In this document: piece by piece, positions 52,731-63,445 of the stretch
Layout: each line of letters opens with the position of its first letter
How positions within the stretch are numbered: the first letter of the stretch is position 1
NCBI GenBank assembly: GCA_965261595.1
Contig: CBDHDG010000006.1
Coordinates: 192,001-256,000 of the forward strand
Source of the DNA: a bacterium
Lineage (GTDB): Bacteria; UBA8248; JACPRG01; G963555815
Length of the DNA: 64,000 nt
Direction of reading: 5' to 3'
Made by a program: the position numbers and the translations under genes
Notes under the pieces: model-generated
Databases searched by the model: none
Told to the model about the DNA's origin: nothing
Seen by the model: only the letters and a program-made list of their open reading frames with translations

Positions 52731-53645
52731 CTAATGCCGCTTGTCCAGAACGATGTCCACGCCGACCGACCCCACGGGAACCGGCTTCGCGCCGCTTCCT
52801 TCCAGGTCGCCGGGCTGAACGCCTACGCGGCCGTCCCCGTCCAGGCGGACCTTCACGCTTACGCTCCCCTGGAACAGCATCCCCTGAATCATCACGTCCC
52901 CCTCGGACACCCGGTAGCGCATCGGAAAACCCGTGTTGGCCACCCGCTTGACGGCCAGCGGCGGAACGCCCGTCTGGCCCGCGGGACGGACGACGATGAA
53001 GACCACCCCGCCCTTGGGCGGCGGGCCGAGCGCCGGGGCGACGGTGATCGCGCCTGAGATGGACTTGGCGGAGGCGGCTCTGGTCCCGGCGGGGACTGCC
53101 TGCTTCAACCGGGCGGACCTCGCATCGCTTCCGGCCCTCCCCTTCCCCCTCGATTTCCGGGCAAACCGGATCGGGACTTTCTTTTGAATCAGAATGTCCA
53201 CGCCTTGCCGCCCCCCTCCCCCCCCCGGGGCGCTTTCCTTCGACCTCCCCTCCAACGCGAAGGGCTTTGCCGTATCCTCGCTCAGCTCATCCCCGATGAT
53301 CCGGGCCGAGATCACCAGAGACCCGGAAAGACCGCCGCGCCCTGATTTCACGTCGAGCTTGCCGAGGAAATATCTCAAGGGGAATTTCGGGTTCCGGACC
53401 CGCTGCTCGGCCACCAGGGAGGCCTGTCCGCCGGACTTGGCCCCCGATCCCGCCACGCGGGCCTGGATGATGAGCAGAGGGTTCCGCGGGACCTCGGAGG
53501 CCAATTCCGGCGTGACGCGGATCTCTCCGGAAACCACATTGCTGTCGTCCCCCCCCCCTCCCCCGCATCCCGAAACAAGCAAAACAAGGGCGGCGCCGAT
53601 GGAGCGCCAAAAAGCCGGCCGCATGCTGAATTTCATGTCTCCCAA
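52731..53645 (-). CDS. Lipoprotein with two CcmI/CycH C-terminal-like Ig domains
   Basis: Lipobox VSGC; ISGAITVAP...FIVVR...PPLAVKR...FPMRY...VKVRLDGDG...PGDLEG. Confidence 0.6.
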   Translation of the reverse strand: MGDMKFSMRPAFWRSIGAALVLLVSGCGGGGGDDSNVVSGEIRVTPELASEVPRNPLLIIQARVAGSGAKSGGQASLVAEQRVRNPKFPLRYFLGKLDVKSGRGGLSGSLVISARIIGDELSEDTAKPFALEGRSKESAPGGGGGRQGVDILIQKKVPIRFARKSRGKGRAGSDARSARLKQAVPAGTRAASAKSISGAITVAPALGPPPKGGVVFIVVRPAGQTGVPPLAVKRVANTGFPMRYRVSEGDVMIQGMLFQGSVSVKVRLDGDGRVGVQPGDLEGSGAKPVPVGSVGVDIVLDKRH

Positions 53646-53872
53646 AGTAATTCCTCTCCCCGCTCCCGGACGAACGCGAAAATCGCCCGAAGATTCAGTT
53701 GATGGCCGGGTGGGCGCGTGCTATAACCGCCATTGTTCGCAACCATTCACGATAGCGCCCGGCGAAAAAATCGCAAGGTCTTTATCGTCCGGGCAAAGTT
53801 GAATCGGGGCATTCCGAGGCCCCGCCGGCCGATGTTGCGTCCGCCCTTCGGCGGGCCACCGACTCGATAGGC

Positions 53873-55888
53873 ATGCCGATGGCTTCCGTCGATGACCTCC
53901 ACTCCATCCCCCTCTTTCAGAACCTGACGGAAGACGATCTCGCCCTCGTCGCCCCGCAAATCTCCTCGCGGAGGCTTTCCAACGGCGAAACCCTTTTTCG
54001 CCACGGCGACCCGGGCGACAGCATGTACATTGTCCGCTTCGGCGAAGTGAACGTCATGATCCCCGACGCCGAGGGGCGCGAGCGCGTCCGGGCCCGGCTC
54101 GGCCGCAACGAGGTGTTCGGGGAAATGGCCCTCCTCACGGGCGACTCCCGATCCGCCACCATCATCGCCAACCTCGACACCGACCTCTACGTGCTCTCGC
54201 GAGACGGGTTTCACGAGCTCTTCCGCCGGCACCCGGCGATGGTGACGAACCTGCTGGACACCCTGATCCACCGGCTTCGGCGGACAAGCACCGGGGAGCG
54301 GGAGCGCGAAAAGATCCGGACCCTTTGCTGCCACAGCGCCCTGGGGGATTCGGACACGCGTTACCTTGCCACCCGCCTGTCGGCCCTTCTGGCAGGCGAA
54401 TCCGGAAAGAAGGTCGCGCTGTTGAACGTCAGTCTCCTTTCGGCGGATGGCAAAACCGTCGGGGGGGGGGGAGCGGCCGGATTCATGGGACAAACTGCTG
54501 CGGAACCTGGACCAGATAAACGAGCGGGAGATCCTCTCCTTCCTGTCTCCGACGGAGTTCGGCGTGGACGTTCTTCCGAACCCCTCCGCCGGGCAGATCG
54601 AAGCGTTCTCCCCGGACAGCGTCCCGCGACTGCTCAGCCTGTTGCGCGAGGCTTACGAATTCACCGTCATCGGAACGTCCGCGGAATCGTCCTCGAAGGC
54701 GTTTTGCCAAAAGGCCGTGGACCAGTCGGAACAACTGCTCTTCGCCCTCCCCTCGGAGGATCAAGCGGAAGCCCTCCGACAGTGGAACGAGCTTCAAAAC
54801 GCGGTTCCGTCCCTGGAGACAAAAACCCGGCTTGTCCTGCGCCGGGGGAAAGGAAATATCAAAGGGCTCTTCGACCGCGTAAAGTCCGGATTCGGCGCCG
54901 GGTTCGTTTATCAGGTTCCCGTCGATCCGGAGGCCGAGCGTCAATTTGCCGAAGATGGAGTCCCGCGCCTCGCATCGGGGCGGGACCAAACCGGAAGGGC
55001 CATGCGGCGGATCGCCCGGCGGACGGCCGGCGTCGCCGTGGGTTTCGCCCTCGGCGGCGGCGGCGCCAGGGGCCTGCCCACATCGGAGTTCTGGAAGTCT
55101 TCGAGAAGGAGGACATCCCCATCGACCTGGTGGGCGGAACGAGCATCGGCTCCATCGTGGCCGCCATGTACGCCAACGGGCACACCCCGGCTGAAATGAA
55201 AAATCTCTGCCAGACCCATATCGTCGATCGCAAGCCCCTCAACGATTACACCTTTCCGCGAACGGCCATCCTGAGAGGCCGGAAAGCGGAGCGCATCATG
55301 CGCGATATATACGGCGACGTCCTGATCGAGGAGCTTCCCATCCCGTATTTCTCCGTGGGGGCGGACTTGATCACGGGACGGGAGGTGATCCTCGATCAAG
55401 GCCCGCTCTGGGAGTCCGTCCGGGCCAGCATGTCCCTGCCCGGCGTTCTCCCCCCCTTTCGCTACCGCGACGAGTTCGCCCTGGTGGACGGCGGAGTGGC
55501 CAACAACGTCCCCGGCGACGTGCTGAAACACCGGGGAGCGGAGTTCTGCATCGCCGTCAACATCGCGCCGGAGCGGGGCTCTTATTTCAATTTCAACCTG
55601 CCCAAGCAACACGGCTGGTTCGGCCGTCTGTTGCGCAGAAATTCGGCCCTCAGAAACTTCCTCGACGCGCCCACCATCATGCGCGTCATCATGCGATCCA
55701 TCAACGTTTCGAGCATCGAGATCACCAACATGCGATCCCGAAACTTCGATGTTCATCTGCTCCCCGCCGTGGGCGAGTTCGACCTGTTCGACTTCGATAA
55801 GCTGGACACCCTCGTCGAGCGGGGCCGCGAGGCCGCCCAGGAACGCCTCGCGGAAATCCGGACCCTGTTGGAAACCCTTAAAGACTGA
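53873..55888 (+). CDS. cNMP-binding + patatin-like phospholipase (NTE/RssA-like); two compensating frameshifts near 54470 and 55075
   Basis: FGEMALL...RSAT; GGGGARG, GTSIG, DGG; the middle domain is in the 54447-55199 frame. Confidence 0.85.
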   Translation: MPMASVDDLHSIPLFQNLTEDDLALVAPQISSRRLSNGETLFRHGDPGDSMYIVRFGEVNVMIPDAEGRERVRARLGRNEVFGEMALLTGDSRSATIIANLDTDLYVLSRDGFHELFRRHPAMVTNLLDTLIHRLRRTSTGEREREKIRTLCCHSALGDSDTRYLATRLSALLAGESGKKVALLNVSLLSADGKTVGGGGAAGFMGQTAAEPGPDKRAGDPLLPVSDGVRRGRSSEPLRRADRSVLPGQRPATAQPVARGLRIHRHRNVRGIVLEGVLPKGRGPVGTTALRPPLGGSSGSPPTVERASKRGSVPGDKNPACPAPGERKYQRALRPRKVRIRRRVRLSGSRRSGGRASICRRWSPAPRIGAGPNRKGHAADRPADGRRRRGFRPRRRRRQGPAHIGVLEVFEKEDIPIDLVGGTSIGSIVAAMYANGHTPAEMKNLCQTHIVDRKPLNDYTFPRTAILRGRKAERIMRDIYGDVLIEELPIPYFSVGADLITGREVILDQGPLWESVRASMSLPGVLPPFRYRDEFALVDGGVANNVPGDVLKHRGAEFCIAVNIAPERGSYFNFNLPKQHGWFGRLLRRNSALRNFLDAPTIMRVIMRSINVSSIEITNMRSRNFDVHLLPAVGEFDLFDFDKLDTLVERGREAAQERLAEIRTLLETLKD

Positions 55889-55894
55889 CCCGCC

Positions 55895-58049
55895 TTGAAA
55901 AAATTCTCTTTCTACACTTATCGAGCGCTCGTCGTCCTGGTCTTCTGGACCCTCGTCATCATCCCGCTTCTTCTGCTCGCCTACGCCGGCTTCCACCGCA
56001 TCCGCTACTACATGAGCCGTTGGTGGGCCTACCGGGTGCTCTGGGCGGCGGGCGTCCGGTTGGAGATCCAGGGGCTCGAGAACCTCGAAGGCGGCGGTCC
56101 CTACGTATACGCCCCCAACCATCAAAGCTTTCCCCCGCTCTAGGGTTTTGTTGGACACTCGATTGATCCATGATTCATGGAGAAAGGGGTGTCGCGATGA
56201 ACGAACAAAAGCAAGAGGGGGCTTTGGCGGAGGGCGCCCGCAGGGCGAACGGAGCCAAGGCCCCAGGGCATCGCAGTGAGCGGGGTCGGTTCTCCTGCCA
56301 GCGCAAGCGGGAGGCGGTCCTGCGTCTTTTGCGGGGCGAGAGCCTGGAGACGCTCTGCCGCGAGTTGGGCACGACAGCGGCTCGGCTTTCCGCCTGGCGC
56401 GAGGCGTTCCTTCGCGGGGGCGAGGCGGCGCTCAAAGCCCGCCCGGCGGATGAGCGGGCCGAGGAGAACGCCCGGCTCAAGGCCAAGGTGGGCGAACTCA
56501 CGATGGAGGGCGAGGTCCTGCGGGAGAAGATCGACCGCCTGGAGGCCGGCCGCCCTTTAGCCGGCAGGAGGTGGAGGCGATGAGTCAGGCCCGCTTCACC
56601 TCCACGGGCAGAGCCTACGGCCTGAAGCGGGTGTGCGCCCTTTGGGGCTTGGCGCGCTCCACGGTCTACGCGCAACGGCGGCGAGAGGCGGTCCCCGTTC
56701 ATGAACGCCCCACGCCCAATAAGCGCGGCCCTGTGGGCCCGTGCACCGATGCGGAACTCCTCGGCCACATCCGGCAGGTCCTGGAGGACTCTCCCTTCCA
56801 TGGCGAGGGCTACCGCAAGGTGTGGGCGAGGCTGCGCTTCGCGGGCATCCGCACCAGCAAGGAGCGGGTGCGTCGCCTGATGCGGGAGGCGGGGCTTCAG
56901 GCCCCCCACCGGGTGGGCAAACCCCGAGGTCCCAAGGCCCACAACGGGACCATCCGCACCGAGCGGCCCGACCGAATGTGGGGCACGGACATGACGACGA
57001 CGGTGACCACCGAGGAGGGGGTGGCCTCGGTGGTCGTGGCGGTGGATCACTGCTCGGTGGACTGCGTGGGGATCCATGCGGCCAAGAGCGGCAACCGCTT
57101 CGAGGCCCTGGAGCCGATCCGGCAGGGGGTCGCCGAGCGCTTCGCCGGCTTGGAGGCGGACGTCGCCGAGGGGCTTAAAGTTCGTCACGACCACGGCCCC
57201 GCCTATCTGTCCGATGACTTTCAGCGGGAGATCGCCTACCTGGGCATGACCAGTTCGCCCAGCTTCGTGCGGGCGCCCGAGGGAAATGGCTACTGTGAGT
57301 GGTTTATCCGCATCTTGAAGGAGAATCTCCTGTGGGTGCGCTCTTTCGCCACCGTAGAGGAACTGCGGTGGGCGCTGCTTGAGTTCAAGAACCTGTACAA
57401 CCATCATTGGATTCTCGAGGGCTACGGCTACCGAACGCCGGCCCAGGCAAGGCAGGAAAAACTCGCTCAAGTTGCGGAGGCCGCATGAGGTCGAATACCC
57501 TCACCCGAGTGTCCAATAACCCAGGGGCGGTCCAGCTTCATGGACGTCCCCATCATCCTGCGCGCCCTGCCCATCCAGTTCCGGATGCTGGCCAAGCAGG
57601 AGCTCTTCGATGTCCCGGTGCTTGGATTCGCCATCGGTCTGATGGGGACGATCGGAATCAACCGGGCAAACCGGCGCGAGGCCGTGAAGAGCCTCAGACT
57701 GGCCGAGAAGATGGTCAAAAACGGCGAAAACCTCCTCATCTTCCCGGAAGGAAAACTCTCGGAGACGGAAACCTTCGAAAAGTTCAAGAAGGGCGCGTTC
57801 CTGATTGCCAAGCGCTTGAAGGTCCCGGTCGTCCCGGTCTGCATCGCCGGGGCGCATCGAATCCTCCCCCGAGGCAGCCGCGCCATCCGACCCGGCCGGG
57901 TGAAGGTCATTGTCCTGAAACCCCGGCGGATCGAGGACGACCTGGACAAGGTGGCCGCCTCTTTGCAAACCGAGATCGAGGGCGTGTTCAAAGAAGCTGT
58001 CCGGGACCTGGATGACCGGCCCCGGATGTTTCGGCTTTCTCCGATTTGA
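55895..58049 (+). pseudogene. plsC: 1-acyl-sn-glycerol-3-phosphate acyltransferase interrupted by IS3 copy 6
   Basis: NHQSF|MD catalytic motif split by the IS; LAKQEL, IFPEG, KKGAF. Confidence 0.88.
56131..57534 (+). mobile_element. IS3-family type A, copy 6 (intact)
   Basis: 1404 bp; GCTT duplication (56127-56130 / 57535-57538). Confidence 0.95.
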
Positions 58050-58411
58050 CCCGCCCCCCCCCTCCCCCCGCAAAACCCGCGTCATCCCTGGTTCCCAAAA
58101 ACAGCCGAGAAGGCGCAAAATATGAGATTGACCTAGTGTTAACAGGGTTTGCAATGAAAAGAGGAATAAGGGAAATCCATGGGGCCTTCTGGACAATACC
58201 GTTAATCCCGTGTACACATACCTTGACCACCTTGTTAAAAAAGCATCCTGCCAAACTCGAAAATCCGGCTATATAGTCAATCAGGTCAATTGGTTATGGA
58301 TATTCTGAATCCGAACGCCCAACCGCGAGGTTATCGGTACGCTGTTTGAAATGGATCCTCTTGAATAGATCTTTGCTGAATTAAGTGATGTTGGGAGGTT
58401 TTCAGGTGAAA

Positions 58412-59215
58412 ATGCGTTTCTTGTTCGGCCCTCCCCTTGTTTCTCTCGTCCTGCTGATCCCGCCCGCTCCCTCCGCGGACGCCCAGCTTTACCGGCCCCT
58501 GATCCCATTCAAGTCCGTCTCCAAAAAGGAGCACCGGACCCGGTTGAGCAACCTGGCGAAGGAATACACCCTCTACCGGGAGCTGCCCCCTATGGTCATC
58601 CAAGGAAACCGGGAGCAGTTCGAGTTCCTGTTGGACCAGTTGGATCTAACGACGCTCATCGTCAGGAATTTGAGCCTCGGCAAGCAACAGCTCCGGAGGA
58701 ATTCGCCCATCGAATGGACGGGCGACGACGGCGAAGGTCTGAGCGGCCGGATGACCCTCATCCACCGGGAAAAGACCAAGCGGATCTATCTGGCCCGCGG
58801 CAGGTTGAAGGGCCTTTTCTTCTTCCCCATCCACGGCCGGGCGGTCATCGTGGCGAACCGGGTCGCCCGCGATCGGCAGACGCACAACCTCCATCTCACC
58901 CTCTACGTCAAACTCGACAACCGGTTTCTCGATGTGATAACACACGTCTTCTCACCGCTCCTGAGCGGGGCGGTCACCGGACGGATCTCCAAATTCCTCG
59001 CGGCGACCAGCATCGCCAGCCGGGCCATCCATGAAGATCCGGAGCGGATCTATCGGATCATCAGGAACGCCGAGGAGCTGGAAGAAGAAAGAAAGAACCA
59101 GTTCTCCTCCCTTTTTCTGAACCGGGCGGCGGCCGAACCTCCCGGCGGCGAATCGAACGTCCAACCGGTGAGCGCCCCATCCGGCCCGGCGCCGCGTGAA
59201 AAACTCCCGAAATGA
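58412..59215 (+). CDS. Hypothetical exported protein
   Basis: Signal peptide; ATGA overlap with the kinase gene. Confidence 0.6.
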   Translation: MRFLFGPPLVSLVLLIPPAPSADAQLYRPLIPFKSVSKKEHRTRLSNLAKEYTLYRELPPMVIQGNREQFEFLLDQLDLTTLIVRNLSLGKQQLRRNSPIEWTGDDGEGLSGRMTLIHREKTKRIYLARGRLKGLFFFPIHGRAVIVANRVARDRQTHNLHLTLYVKLDNRFLDVITHVFSPLLSGAVTGRISKFLAATSIASRAIHEDPERIYRIIRNAEELEEERKNQFSSLFLNRAAAEPPGGESNVQPVSAPSGPAPREKLPK

Positions 59216-60783
59216 CCCCCATGGAACCGGGCCACGCTCACATCCCGCAACGGAAGGCCGCCCTACGGCTTCCCGCCCTGCCCCCCCTGCACCGTCCGGC
59301 GGGCCTCGCCCGGCGCTGGGTGGCCTATGTCCTCGACCTGGCCCTCTCGCTGATCTTCACCTTCGGTTGGGCCGCGGGCGTCATTCTCTTCGTCTTCTTG
59401 GTAAACACCCTCCTGGACCTGAACCTTTGGGGGCTGATGCGCTACGGGCGAAACGCCGCTTTGACGATCGGGCTTTTCCTGATGCTGTTCGCGATTCCGT
59501 ACGCGGGGTATTACATCCTCCCGCTTCACAGGACGGGCAGAACCGCCGGCTTCGTGTTCCTTCACCTGCGGATGATCCGCCGGGAGGAAGGCCCTTCCGT
59601 CGAAACGGGCCGTGGGCGCACCTTCGGCCGAATCGGAATTCACCGGGCTTTCCTGGCGGCCCTTCCCGCCCTGCTGGCGGGCATCGTCGCGCTCTCCCTG
59701 TTGCCGGACGCAACCGACAGACCCACCACCCCGGCGCTGCTCAACGCCCTCCGACTCCCGACAACGCTCATCTGCGCCTTTCTTCTCCTGACCCAAATCC
59801 TCGACCGGCTCCGGAGTCAGGCCGTCACGCTGGGCGTCCACGAGCGGCTCGCCCGGGTCCAGGTCGTCCGCGAGCCCCGGCTTCGGGAGTTGATGGAGCG
59901 GGAACGGCGGGTCACCGAGGCCCACATCGCCGGCGGAATGGCCCATGAAATACGCAACGCCCTGGGCACGGCCAGGCTCCAGCTCGACCACGCGGCCGAG
60001 CGGGAGCGCGCGGGGCGGGCCCGGGAGTCCCTGGAAGACATCCTGAAATCGCTCACCCGGTCCTCTGAAAACACGCCGGACCTGGAAGGGCTGAAGCGCG
60101 CCGTCGCGGGCGTCCGCCGGATCCATGAGGACGCCAAGCGCCAAGGGCGCGCCCTGGAGGAGGTTTCCGCCGCGGTGGATCGCGGCTTGGCCATCACGAG
60201 CCGCGTGATGGATTATTCCAAGCTTCAGCCCTCGATCCCGAAGCCGGGGGAGTCCCCCGCCACAGAGCCGAGACGGCTCGTGGCCGAGTTGGTCGAGAGC
60301 TACCGCGAGGCCCTGGAGCGCGAAGGGATTCGGATCCGCATGGACCTTGGGGCCACCCGGGCCATACCGGCCGATGCCGGGGATTGTTATTCCGTCTTTC
60401 AGAATCTGCTTTTGAACGCCCTGGACGCAATCCGCGAAAAGCGAAAACAGGCCGGGACCGCCGCGCCCGATGGAGCGGGGCCGTCCGGGACAATCCGAAT
60501 CTCCTCGGGAGACGCGGGCCGCGTCTGGATCCGGATCGAAGACGACGGCGTGGGCATTCCGCCTGAACACCTCGAGCGCATCTTCGATCCTTTCTACTCC
60601 ACCAAGCCTTCTCTGGGCATGGGGCTGGGGTTGAATGAATGCCGCCGAATTGTGGACCTGTACGGTGGAGAGATCCAGGTCGAATCCGAGGCCGGCGCGG
60701 GAACGCGGTTCAACGTTTTGTGGCCCGCCGTGGAATCCTCCCGCGAAAACGGACGCCGAAAAACCCCGGGAACGGACGCGTGA
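59212..60783 (+). CDS. Sensor histidine kinase with an N-terminal RDD-like membrane domain
   Basis: RRWVAYVLDL...GRTAG; MAHEIRNAL, NLLLNALDA, DDGVG, FYSTK, GLGL. Confidence 0.88.
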   Translation: MTPMEPGHAHIPQRKAALRLPALPPLHRPAGLARRWVAYVLDLALSLIFTFGWAAGVILFVFLVNTLLDLNLWGLMRYGRNAALTIGLFLMLFAIPYAGYYILPLHRTGRTAGFVFLHLRMIRREEGPSVETGRGRTFGRIGIHRAFLAALPALLAGIVALSLLPDATDRPTTPALLNALRLPTTLICAFLLLTQILDRLRSQAVTLGVHERLARVQVVREPRLRELMERERRVTEAHIAGGMAHEIRNALGTARLQLDHAAERERAGRARESLEDILKSLTRSSENTPDLEGLKRAVAGVRRIHEDAKRQGRALEEVSAAVDRGLAITSRVMDYSKLQPSIPKPGESPATEPRRLVAELVESYREALEREGIRIRMDLGATRAIPADAGDCYSVFQNLLLNALDAIREKRKQAGTAAPDGAGPSGTIRISSGDAGRVWIRIEDDGVGIPPEHLERIFDPFYSTKPSLGMGLGLNECRRIVDLYGGEIQVESEAGAGTRFNVLWPAVESSRENGRRKTPGTDA

Positions 60784-61274
60784 AGAACCCGGACGCCTTC
60801 GAGGGAGCGTTGAGCCGGATGGAAGCCGCCCTCGGTCTCCACCCGGAAAACCATGAACCGCCAGAGACCGCGGACCGTACGCACCGGCCGGTCGTCCTCG
60901 TCATCGACGACGACCCGCGCGTGCTCGACACCTTGGCGGAAGTCCTGGGAAACCGGTGGCGGGTGAAAACCTACACCGGGGGAGAAGACCTCCGCGCGCG
61001 CTGGAACGCTCAGGGTGAAGGCGGAGGGAATGCGGCCATTCTCGATATCAAGATGCCGAAAGAGGACGGCCTGTCGGTCTTTCACGACCTTCGGCGCCTG
61101 GCCCCCCGGATGCCCATTTTGTTCTACACCGCCTATCCGGGGGATGAAGAAGCGGTGGAGCGGGCGCGCGCGCTCGGCCCGGCCGCTTTTTTGGGAAAGG
61201 GTTGTTCGCTCCATGCCCTGAGCGAGGCCCTGCGCGGGGTGATCCAACCCGACGGGGAATCGCGCGGGACCTGA
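60780..61274 (+). CDS. Single-domain response regulator
   Basis: VLVIDDD, LDIKMPKEDG, FYTAY, LGK. Confidence 0.85.
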   Translation: MKNPDAFEGALSRMEAALGLHPENHEPPETADRTHRPVVLVIDDDPRVLDTLAEVLGNRWRVKTYTGGEDLRARWNAQGEGGGNAAILDIKMPKEDGLSVFHDLRRLAPRMPILFYTAYPGDEEAVERARALGPAAFLGKGCSLHALSEALRGVIQPDGESRGT

Positions 61275-61288
61275 CCGAGAGGGGATCC

Positions 61289-62826
61289 ATGTCCAAGGAT
61301 TTCGAGGACCTGCTTCACCGGGCCGCCGAAGACCTCGGTCTGCCCGAAACCGAGACCCCGGACGCCGAGTCGGCTTCCGCGGCCCGCCCGCGCGTCATGG
61401 TCGTGGATGATGACCCGGGCATGCGCCGGGCCCTGGCCGACGCGCTGGAAGAGCGCTGCGCGTTGCTGAACTGTCCCGACGGGATCGCGGCGGTGGAGAA
61501 CATCTCCGACGACGTGGACGCCGTCATCCTGGACATCAAGATGGCCGGCATGGACGGTCTCGCAACCTTCGATGAGCTCCGGGCGCGCGCCCCCCACGTC
61601 CCGATCATCTTCAACACCGGCCACCCGGGGGACTATCCCGAAGAGGACCTGGTCGGGGCCCGCGAGCCGTTCGGCTACATCACCAAAGGAGAGCCGAAAA
61701 TCCTGTTCGCCCTGTTGAAAAGCGCCATCCGGCACCACCGGCTCATCCAGCGGGAGGCCTCCCTCAACCACCACCTGGAACACCTCCTCGAAGAGCGGGG
61801 CGCGGAGAACACCCGCCTCCAACGCGCGGTGCAAGACCGTTACCGCTTTGACCGGATCATCGGCCGAAGCCCCGCCTTGCGCCGGGTTTTTGATCTCATG
61901 GCCAAGGTCATCGAAAGCGACTCGACGGTCCTCATCACCGGGGAGACCGGGACCGGCAAAGAGCTCGTGGCCCAGGCCATCCACTACAATTCTTTCAGGC
62001 GCGCCGGCCGGTTCATCGTCCAGAACTGCGGCGCCCTTCCCGAAGCTCTCCTGGGCAGCGAGCTCTTCGGACACCGGAAGGGGGCCTTCACCGGCGCGAT
62101 CGCCGACAAAAAGGGCCTGTTCGAAGCGGCCCACACGGGAACAATTTTCCTCGACGAGATCGCCGAGACCTCTCCCGCCGTCCAAGTCAACCTGCTCCGT
62201 GTGCTTCAGGACGGGGAGATCCGCCCCATCGGCGACACCCTGACCCGCCGGGTGGACGCCCGGGTGATCGCCGCCACCCACCGGGACCTGTCCGAGGAGG
62301 TGCGCGAAGGCCGCTTTCGGGAAGACCTCTTCTACCGGCTGAACGTCATCCCCATTCCGCTCCCCGCCCTGAGGGAGCGCCGTGAGGACATCCCCCTCCT
62401 GGCCCAGCATTTTCTCGAGGAGACCTCGAAGCGCACGGGCAAGCGCCCGCCCGGGATCCACCCGGACGCCCTCAACTGCCTGACGGCGTACGACTTTCCG
62501 GGCAACATCCGGGAATTGGAGAACGAGATCGAGCGGGCGGTCGCCCTCGCCGACGATGGATCGCCCGTCACGCCGGACCAGTTTTCCGCGGCCGTGCGCC
62601 GCGCCGGGCTCCATGCGCCGAAAGCCGCGTCCCCCTCTCCCAGTCCCTGGACGGCGACGCCCCCGTCCGGGGAAAGCTCCGCGACGCCGTCGAGGCCCTC
62701 GAGAAGAACATGCTCAATCAGGCCCTTGAGGAGCACAACGGAAACCGGACCCACACGGCCGCGGCCCTCGGACTCAGCCGGCTGGGGCTCCTCAAGAAGA
62801 TCCGGCGGTACGAGCTCGAAGGGTGA
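61289..62826 (+). CDS. NtrC-like sigma54-dependent activator (REC-AAA-Fis HTH; frameshift near 62640)
   Basis: [45 protein letters not shown] in the shifted frame. Confidence 0.9.
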
Positions 62827-62911
62827 CGGCGGCGCCCCGCGATTTCGGGAGGCCCGGAGGTGTGCTAAAATATTCTCGAAAGGAACAGCGCCGGATTGGG
62901 GAATATCTCCC

Positions 62912-63445
62912 ATGAACCTCGTGATGAAATCCCGGACCCGCCGCGTCACGCGGACCGCGTTCATTTTCGCGGCCCCTCTCTGGGCTGCCTTCCTCGCGGG
63001 CGACGGCGGGGCCGAATCGACGGATGCCTCCGGCGGCGCCGAGATCACGAACCGCCAATACCTCGAGTTCACCCTGGCGACCGGAAGAGCCGTCCCCGAG
63101 TCCTGGGCGGGGAAGACATTCCCCAAGGGCTCGGCCGATCGGCCGGTCACGCTGGTCGATTGGTACGACGCCCGGGATTACTGCGCGTGGCGGGGCAAGC
63201 GGCTCCCGAGCCGGGAGGAATGGAAGAACGCCTGCCGCGCCGATGGGTTTCCAAAAAGGGGCGACATCTGGGAGTGGACCCGCTCCGACGAGAACGGCTG
63301 GAAGCTGCTGTGCGGGCCGATGGGGACGTGCGAGTGCACGCACCGCTACCGGCCCGAATGGAAGAACGCCGTCAAGGGGTTCCGCTGCGTGGGCGACCCG
63401 CCGCTCGCCCTGTTCATCCAGACCACCGGGGAGGCGTCTCCGTGA
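62912..63445 (+). CDS. Small exported FGE-sulfatase-like protein
   Basis: EITNRQY, PVTLVDWYDARDYC, RLPSREEW, IWEW, GFRC. Confidence 0.7.
   Translation: MNLVMKSRTRRVTRTAFIFAAPLWAAFLAGDGGAESTDASGGAEITNRQYLEFTLATGRAVPESWAGKTFPKGSADRPVTLVDWYDARDYCAWRGKRLPSREEWKNACRADGFPKRGDIWEWTRSDENGWKLLCGPMGTCECTHRYRPEWKNAVKGFRCVGDPPLALFIQTTGEASP

Noticed and set aside
61202..63445. 747-aa sigma54 activator-FGE fusion
   Set aside because: Artefact of the frameshift near 62640; the Fis HTH and stop codon (62826) lie in another frame
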